A stretch of DNA of 60,906 nucleotides from a virus (taxonomy: Duplodnaviria; Caudoviricetes). Positions 54,703 through 60,906 of this stretch are shown in pieces. The stretch covers positions 1-60,906 of the IMG/VR virus record IMGVR_UViG_3300020414_000001; one strand, 5' to 3'. The translations under genes and the position numbers were made by a program. The number at the start of each line of letters is the position of its first letter. Positions within the stretch are counted from its first letter, which is position 1. Under the pieces are notes generated by a model, which did not search any database, was not told where the DNA came from, and worked only from the letters and a program-made list of their open reading frames with translations.

Positions 54703-55127
54703 TTTGCACAGCCGTGCCAAAGGATGCATTAGACATTGTCTGGGCAGATGCTAGTGGATTATTGAATAAAGCAATACAAACTAGTAAAGGTAAATATCAT
54801 ATAGATGATATCTACCATGATTTAACTAAGGGCTTGTATAGCCTTTGGTTAGTAATAGATGATAAAGGTGATGACAAGGTGATAGCCGCAATAACAACTA
54901 GAATAATAGAATATCCAAGTAAGAAAGCTATGGCACTAGATTGGGTTGGCGGTAAGAGAATGAATGACTGGTTGCCTTTGGTGTTAGAAAAGATTAATAG
55001 TTTTGCCAAAGACTGTGGATGCGAGCATCTTGAGGGATACGGAAGAAAGGCATGGTCTAAAGTGTTAAAGAAATACAAATGGGAGCCAGAATACATTGCT
55101 TATAGAATGGAGTTAAATGATGGGTAA
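54699..55127 (+). CDS. GNAT-like virion assembly protein
   Basis: FAK..GC..LE..GR..W.KV; lies among ejection genes. Confidence 0.55.
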   Translation: MICTAVPKDALDIVWADASGLLNKAIQTSKGKYHIDDIYHDLTKGLYSLWLVIDDKGDDKVIAAITTRIIEYPSKKAMALDWVGGKRMNDWLPLVLEKINSFAKDCGCEHLEGYGRKAWSKVLKKYKWEPEYIAYRMELNDG

Positions 55128-56055
55128 GGGAAGATCAAGAGCACCACAACCAACTGAACAAACCGTAGTACAAAGTAACCTTCCTAAATACTTTGAACCA
55201 TATGCTGTAGATATGATTAAAAGGGCTGAGTCTGAGTCTAAAAGAGAATATACACCATATGAAGGACAGAGACTTGCAGACGAGTCAACTGATTTATTAA
55301 CATCAAGAGACAGAGTAAGAAACATAGCAGATTCTGGTATAGCTGGTCTAGATACAGCTCAGTCAGGAGTTAAGGCTGGTATGGGCCGAGCTTTGCAGGG
55401 GTTAGGTTTTCAAGCAGGGCAGTTTGATAGCGCAGCAGCACAGCAATACATGTCTCCCTATATGCAAAATGTAGTGGATGTTCAAAAAGCACAAGCAATG
55501 TTAGATTTTGATAGAGGTCAAGCTGGTAGAGATGCTCAGGCCGTGCAAGCAGGAGCATTTGGGGGCAGTAGGCAGGCTATAGCTCAAGGCCTTGCAAATG
55601 AGGATTTACAAAGAAGATTAGGTGAAATACAAGCAACAGGACAGCAAAGAGCATTTGAACAAGCTCAACAACAGTTTGAAAGAGATAGAGCTGCTAGAGA
55701 ATCCGCAGAGCGTCTTGGCATTACTGCTGGTGAAAGCTTAACATCACAAGCAGGTCAACTTGCTCAACTTGGAGATTTAGCTAGAAAAGGTGATGTGCAG
55801 GCAGCTGAATTGCTAGAAAAGATAGGCAAAGATCAGCAGGCAAGAGAGCAAGCAGGATTAGATTTAGCATACGAAGACTTTGTAAGACAAAGAGATTATC
55901 CAAGAGAAAGCTTAACATTCTTATCATCAATACTAAGAGGTGTTCCGGTTCAGCCGTCTACTGAGACTGTAAAGTTTCAACAATATAATCCAATACAAGA
56001 AGCTCTTGGAACTGGTATAGCAGGTCTTGGTTTATATAGAGGATTAACAGGATAA
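55117..56055 (+). CDS. DNA ejection/pilot protein
   Basis: Q/A-rich helical; YM.PY...V, AGAFGGSR. Confidence 0.7.
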   Translation: MMGKGRSRAPQPTEQTVVQSNLPKYFEPYAVDMIKRAESESKREYTPYEGQRLADESTDLLTSRDRVRNIADSGIAGLDTAQSGVKAGMGRALQGLGFQAGQFDSAAAQQYMSPYMQNVVDVQKAQAMLDFDRGQAGRDAQAVQAGAFGGSRQAIAQGLANEDLQRRLGEIQATGQQRAFEQAQQQFERDRAARESAERLGITAGESLTSQAGQLAQLGDLARKGDVQAAELLEKIGKDQQAREQAGLDLAYEDFVRQRDYPRESLTFLSSILRGVPVQPSTETVKFQQYNPIQEALGTGIAGLGLYRGLTG

Positions 56056-58157
56056 TGAATATATTACAGATACAAGATGATTTAAAAAACTTTTCTGAGC
56101 AACAACTCATAAATGAAATGCAGAGACCATCTGGCAATGCACCTCAATATCTTGTGTTATCTGAAATAAATAGAAGAAAAAGAGTCAAGTCTGACTTTGA
56201 AGCTAATAAGGCAGCAGATACAAACACTGTTGCGGAAGAAGCTGTAGCTAGTGCAGGGGTCCCTGCGGAAGGCATGCGGGGCATGGCGGAAGCAATGGCT
56301 CCTAGAAGTGAAAGTTCACTTGTAGCACAACCTCAAGGAATGAGAACTGGTGGTCTAATGAATTTTGGTCGTGAGATAAATAGAGAGATATCTGAAGATG
56401 TTAGTCCATTCTTAGATGAAGTTGCAAATATGGCAGAAAATAGATTTAACATAAAACTTGATTCTATGGAGAATCAGTTTGCTCAGATGAGGCCTATGAT
56501 AGACGAGGCACCTGATTATATGCCTAGACCTGCTGTGATGGATAGAATGGTAAGAGAGCCAATGACTCCTTTTGCAAGGATTGGTGGTATTAGCCGTTTA
56601 TCTGGACTAGGAGGCAAAGGAAGATCATCTACTATACCTTTTAATCAGGGTGGTATTATAAATGCAAGAACAGGATTATCTATAGCGGACAGAAATCAAA
56701 ATCCCGGAAACTTAAGATTAACTGATGACCCTTTCTTTGGGACCACTGGGCAAGCAAGTGGTTATGCTACATTTGCATCTCCTGAATATGGTTTAAGAGG
56801 TATAGCATTAACATCTGATAAATATGCAAAAGAAGGCGTTAAAACAATAAAAGATTATGTAGAAAAATATGCTCCTAAAAAAGATAAAAACTTAAACAAC
56901 AAACAATATGCAAAATTATTAGCGGATAGTTTGGGAGTTGGAGTTGATGATGAAATAGATTTTTCTGATGATAATGTTCAAAGAAATTTAATACCTGCTA
57001 TTGCTAAGTTTGAAGGATACAAAGGGCCTCTTGACTCAGGAATGGTAGACAGGGCTGTGGCTGCAAGTGGAGAAAAGGAAAATAGAACTAAAGTTGATGA
57101 GGTATTATCAGGCATAGATTCTTTTAAACAAAATCCTGTTAATTATGGTAAAGACACTGGTAAAGCTAACTTTATGTCAGCAATGGCTAGCGGTAATGTA
57201 AACGTTGATGAAAATAAAATTGACGTAGGGTTACAAGAAGCTTTGAGAAAAAATCCACAATATAGTGAGCTTGGAGATGAGTTTCCAACATTTACTACAT
57301 CTGAAAAGAATCAAAATATGGAAGGTGAGTTTGGTAAAGCAGGATTAGGTAGACCTAATTTAAATTTATTTCAAAAGATAAGCAGATCAATGGGCGGAAC
57401 AAAATACGCACAACCCGGAGAAATAACATTTGAGCCACCATATGGACAAGGATTAAGATATTATGGTGATGATGACGATGAAAAAATGGGGGATGCAAGC
57501 AATATACCTGTAAATGTTGGAACTGATAAAAAGGGTAAATTTATTGAAGAAACTGTGAGTACAGGAGACCCTGATGATGATGCTGCTTCTTTATATGCAC
57601 AAGATCTAGAGACATCATCTAAAGCTGCGGCTAAAGCTGCGGAAGAAAAGGCCGCAAAACCACTTACACTTGATGAGCAGTTAACATCAATGCAAGAGGA
57701 TTTAAAGAAAAGCAGAAATCAAGATAAATGGCTTGCTATTGCACAAGCAGGATTGTCCATTATGGCATCTGACAAACCTACATTAGGTGGGGCAATAGGT
57801 GAGGGTGCTAGTGTTGGTTTACAGGCTTATAGAGACGCACAAGAGCGTTATAATGAGGGTGTAATAGATATACTTAACGCAAGATCAAAGTTAGCAAAAA
57901 ATAAAAATACATTTAGTACTAAAGATATTTTAACAAGAATGTCAGCAGTTGATAGCGATCTTATGAAAGCTGAAGAAAATTTAAATAAAGCCCTATATGA
58001 CAGACCTGCTGATAAAGAAGGGCACACAGCTATTAGAAATCAAATTAGAAAATTGACAGAGTTAAGAGACAGATTGCAAATTTTAGCAGGTTTTGAAGGA
58101 ACAACTACAAATAAAGAATCTAGAGCAAAGCTTATAAAAGAACTTACAGGTCAGTAA
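56055..58157 (+). CDS. Internal virion protein with lysozyme-like domain
   Basis: RNQNPGNLR...F.SPE.G.R...YAP...N...Y...I...E block. Confidence 0.7.
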   Translation: MNILQIQDDLKNFSEQQLINEMQRPSGNAPQYLVLSEINRRKRVKSDFEANKAADTNTVAEEAVASAGVPAEGMRGMAEAMAPRSESSLVAQPQGMRTGGLMNFGREINREISEDVSPFLDEVANMAENRFNIKLDSMENQFAQMRPMIDEAPDYMPRPAVMDRMVREPMTPFARIGGISRLSGLGGKGRSSTIPFNQGGIINARTGLSIADRNQNPGNLRLTDDPFFGTTGQASGYATFASPEYGLRGIALTSDKYAKEGVKTIKDYVEKYAPKKDKNLNNKQYAKLLADSLGVGVDDEIDFSDDNVQRNLIPAIAKFEGYKGPLDSGMVDRAVAASGEKENRTKVDEVLSGIDSFKQNPVNYGKDTGKANFMSAMASGNVNVDENKIDVGLQEALRKNPQYSELGDEFPTFTTSEKNQNMEGEFGKAGLGRPNLNLFQKISRSMGGTKYAQPGEITFEPPYGQGLRYYGDDDDEKMGDASNIPVNVGTDKKGKFIEETVSTGDPDDDAASLYAQDLETSSKAAAKAAEEKAAKPLTLDEQLTSMQEDLKKSRNQDKWLAIAQAGLSIMASDKPTLGGAIGEGASVGLQAYRDAQERYNEGVIDILNARSKLAKNKNTFSTKDILTRMSAVDSDLMKAEENLNKALYDRPADKEGHTAIRNQIRKLTELRDRLQILAGFEGTTTNKESRAKLIKELTGQ

Positions 58158-60906
58158 TGGGACTAATTAGAACTGTAAATCCTTTAACTGGAGATATTAT
58201 ATCTCATGAGATTGAAGGAGACTCACCTACACAAGAAGAAACACTAGAAATACAACAGTATATGTCTTTGCTTGGAAAGCAAAAGACAGCAGAAAATATA
58301 CCAGATGATGATGGTAATTTATTTACAAAAGGTATTTCTATTGGAATAGATCAGCTACAAAGAGCTTATGGTGATGCTTTGGTTGGCGCTGGTAAAGGTC
58401 TTGGTATAGACAGTCTTAGAGATTATGGTCAAGAAGTTGCAGATAGAAATGCAAGAGAAATAGAAGAGCAGTCTGCTGATGTTAGAAGGTTAGATAGTAT
58501 AAAAGATTTATCTACGTTTGGTGATTATGCGGCCTCTACTTTTGGTCAACAGTTACCTAATTTATTACCTTCAGTTGTAGGTGGTATAGCTGGTTCTTTT
58601 TTAGGACCAGCTGGAACTATAGGCGGTATTAAAATAGGAACTGCAATAGGAGCAGGTCTTGCTAATTTACCTTATTTTTACGGAACTTTTGTTCCTTCTG
58701 CTACAGATCCAGAAACTGGAGAAGTAAATCAATTAAAAGCTTTAGCATATGCAGCTCCTTCTGCCGCCTTAGATACATTAGGTGATTTGTTAGTCACTGC
58801 TGGTTTTGCAGGCAAGTTATTGTCTGGAGGAGGCTTGTTTACAAGAGCTGGTAAAGGAGCTGGTAAAGGTGTAGCTGCTGAAGTTCCAACTGAAATTGGT
58901 CAAGAGATATTGCAAAGACACGCTGAAGGCAAGCCTTTATGGAATCAGGAAGCCTTAGATACATATATAGAGGTTGCGGCTGCCGCTGGTCTTGTTGGTG
59001 GGACTGTCTCTAGTGTAGGTAATATTGTTGGTGGTCAAAAGAAAAATGAGCCAGATGAGATTACACAGCTTGAAACAGACATGACAAAACAAGCAAAGCA
59101 AGTTGATATCATGAACGCAAATGCTACAACTTTTATAAATAGAGAAAAGGATATTAATGATTTTAGAGACGATACTGGTAAATTTATCACACTATCTCAG
59201 TTACCAGATCATATAAAAGAAGAAGTAATAGATAAAAGAACACAAAATATTACATATGGTGATGTTGTATCTGGGGCCATTAATCCAGATTTAGAAATAA
59301 ATAAAGAAACTTTGTCTCAAGAAGATTTAGACATTGTTGTAGATAGGGCTAACGATCTTGAGGCAGACGTAACAGATAAAGATTATAATAAGGTAAAAGA
59401 TGCTGTAAAAGCAAAAGGTGAATATAATCAAGGTATAGCAAGACAAGCTTTAAAAACAAAAGATAAGCCAAATATACCTCAATCTAAAATTAATGGAATT
59501 AGAGATAAGTTGTTAAGAAATGGAGTTATTAAGAAAGAAAAAAATAAATTAGTTCCAACTACAACTACACAGCAAGATATTAATTTAAAGGCTGAACAAC
59601 TTAAGTTTAGAGTAAAATCTATATTAAGAGAGATGAGCAAAGTCCAAGCTAAAAAGAAAGAGCAAATGACTATTGAAGATCCATCTATAGAGCAAATAAA
59701 TGAAATAGATGAAATGGATGCACAAATAGATGCTTTAAGCGAAGAATATAAAAAAGTTTCTAATAAAGCGAGCACGCTTGCTAGAGAGTCAGAAAGAAAA
59801 TTAGGCACTCCTATAAGGCTTGCACAGATTATACCTTCTCTAGAGGCTAAAAATGCTTTTAACAATGCTAATGTTAAGACACCTGAGTACTCTGCGAAAC
59901 AATTAAATGTACAAAAGGCTCTTAGGTCTATGTTAACGGGCTTGGGTTTAGGAGGTATTAAATTAGATTTTAAATCAATAATTACACCAAAAGGTGTAAC
60001 GCCAGAAGACATGGTTGCATCTGGTACAGTGGTTGAAGGTGTTCATAGTAATAAGGTTATAGCTTTGGCTATGGAAATATATGACCCTAATTTAACAGAA
60101 GCAGAGTTGCAGCAAAAACTAGCATCAGTAATGAATCATGAGATTATTCATGCATTATTTGAAATGGGCGTTTTTAGTAAACAAGATCAACAAACATTAA
60201 TTAATGTGGCGGATAAAAAGAAATATGTAGAAATAATAGATGGCAAGCCAGTAACTAGAAAATATACATATATGAAACGAGCTGCTCATATGTATCAAAC
60301 AAAAGACAATGGTAAGCCATATACAAAAGCAGAACAAGCTGAAGAGGCTGTAGCAGAATTATATAGAGACTGGGCAGACAAGAAGATAACTCTTGTAGCA
60401 AAACCAAAAAATCTATTTGATAGAATACTTAAATTTTTTCAAGCTATATTTACATCACATTCACAGGAAGGGTTTAGGAAAGCCAACGATTTATTTACAG
60501 ATATAGGAAGCACTGATTTTCAAAAAAGAGTATCTAGAGTTCAGAAACAAAAACAAGATCCTGATGCGTTACAAGAAGTTTTAGAAAGAGAAAGTAGATT
60601 AGGAAGGCCAGTTATACTAACCGATGAGGTTATGAGAAATGCCCAATATAAAACTGCAAAGAAAACAAATTCTCCTGACCAAAAGAAAATACAAAGTAAA
60701 TTATTTAAAAACAGAGAACTTCCTGAAGGTCAAATGGTTACAGTTAGACCTAACTTAAATGGCTTTGTTGAACTAGAAGACGGAAGCATGGGCATGACAC
60801 AAACTGTGCATCCAGCTAGAACTTATGGCACAGCTTTAGGATATGATTCTGTAGTAGCTATAACAGATAGCGAGTTGTTAGTGTCACCTCAAAAAAGAGC
60901 TGATAT
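58157..60906 (+). CDS. Giant polyvalent protein, N-terminal part (not in ORF track)
   Basis: ATG overlaps the previous TAA; frame translated by hand is open to the window end; G/A-rich hydrophobic N-region; zincin HEIIH (60137-60151) and EEAVAE (60341-60358). Confidence 0.9.
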   Translation, partial: MGLIRTVNPLTGDIISHEIEGDSPTQEETLEIQQYMSLLGKQKTAENIPDDDGNLFTKGISIGIDQLQRAYGDALVGAGKGLGIDSLRDYGQEVADRNAREIEEQSADVRRLDSIKDLSTFGDYAASTFGQQLPNLLPSVVGGIAGSFLGPAGTIGGIKIGTAIGAGLANLPYFYGTFVPSATDPETGEVNQLKALAYAAPSAALDTLGDLLVTAGFAGKLLSGGGLFTRAGKGAGKGVAAEVPTEIGQEILQRHAEGKPLWNQEALDTYIEVAAAAGLVGGTVSSVGNIVGGQKKNEPDEITQLETDMTKQAKQVDIMNANATTFINREKDINDFRDDTGKFITLSQLPDHIKEEVIDKRTQNITYGDVVSGAINPDLEINKETLSQEDLDIVVDRANDLEADVTDKDYNKVKDAVKAKGEYNQGIARQALKTKDKPNIPQSKINGIRDKLLRNGVIKKEKNKLVPTTTTQQDINLKAEQLKFRVKSILREMSKVQAKKKEQMTIEDPSIEQINEIDEMDAQIDALSEEYKKVSNKASTLARESERKLGTPIRLAQIIPSLEAKNAFNNANVKTPEYSAKQLNVQKALRSMLTGLGLGGIKLDFKSIITPKGVTPEDMVASGTVVEGVHSNKVIALAMEIYDPNLTEAELQQKLASVMNHEIIHALFEMGVFSKQDQQTLINVADKKKYVEIIDGKPVTRKYTYMKRAAHMYQTKDNGKPYTKAEQAEEAVAELYRDWADKKITLVAKPKNLFDRILKFFQAIFTSHSQEGFRKANDLFTDIGSTDFQKRVSRVQKQKQDPDALQEVLERESRLGRPVILTDEVMRNAQYKTAKKTNSPDQKKIQSKLFKNRELPEGQMVTVRPNLNGFVELEDGSMGMTQTVHPARTYGTALGYDSVVAITDSELLVSPQKRAD
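60830..60906. repeat. 77-bp terminal overlap, identical to 1-77
   Basis: Exact identity. Confidence 0.97.

Noticed and set aside
55-60012. Short antisense or out-of-frame ORFs in the track (e.g. 2625-3017, 26096-26503, 31212-31523, 33932-34363, 47631-48029, 59479-60012)
   Set aside because: They lie within well-supported genes and show no recognisable motifs.
60830-60906. Terminal repeat as a biological direct terminal repeat
   Set aside because: It is exactly 77 bp, a common assembler k-mer, and lies mid-ORF; it indicates circular assembly, not physical ends.
1-60906. tRNA/tmRNA genes, integrase/attP, alternative genetic code
   Set aside because: No cloverleaf with a T-loop seen in intergenic gaps, no recombinase motifs, and genes are intact under the standard code. 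A tRNAscan/ARAGORN run would confirm.

Overview
The window is an apparently complete, circularly assembled, AT-rich tailed dsDNA phage genome. It has about 60,829 bp of unique sequence, because bases 60830-60906 repeat bases 1-77. The gene set is podovirus-like and resembles uncultured marine phages, but the host cannot be determined from the sequence. Layout: (1) a leftward recombination/nuclease operon (7270-11974); (2) rightward RusA and Twinkle/T7-gp4-type primase-helicase genes (12021-15109); (3) a leftward early operon with a MoxR-type AAA ATPase and an HExxH-VWA partner (15213-21753) behind a ~330-nt structured leader; (4) a long rightward late region with terminases, portal, GroES, scaffold, capsid, small basic proteins, adaptors, a modular receptor-binding array, tail nozzle, holin, lysozyme and ejection proteins. 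The late region ends in a ~3233-aa polyvalent protein that spans the assembly junction (58157-60829 + 1-7029). No DNA polymerase, RNA polymerase, integrase, tRNA or CRISPR array was recognised. The most notable unexplained features are non-coding: a ~50-nt candidate sRNA complementary to the ribosome-binding regions of three phage genes, an early-leader RNA with group-I-like P7 signatures between direct repeats, a second ~140-nt structured RNA, a 16-bp palindromic operator at 8 sites, and two CTAG-dense palindrome arrays. All protein family calls come from motif recognition by eye; no database search was run.
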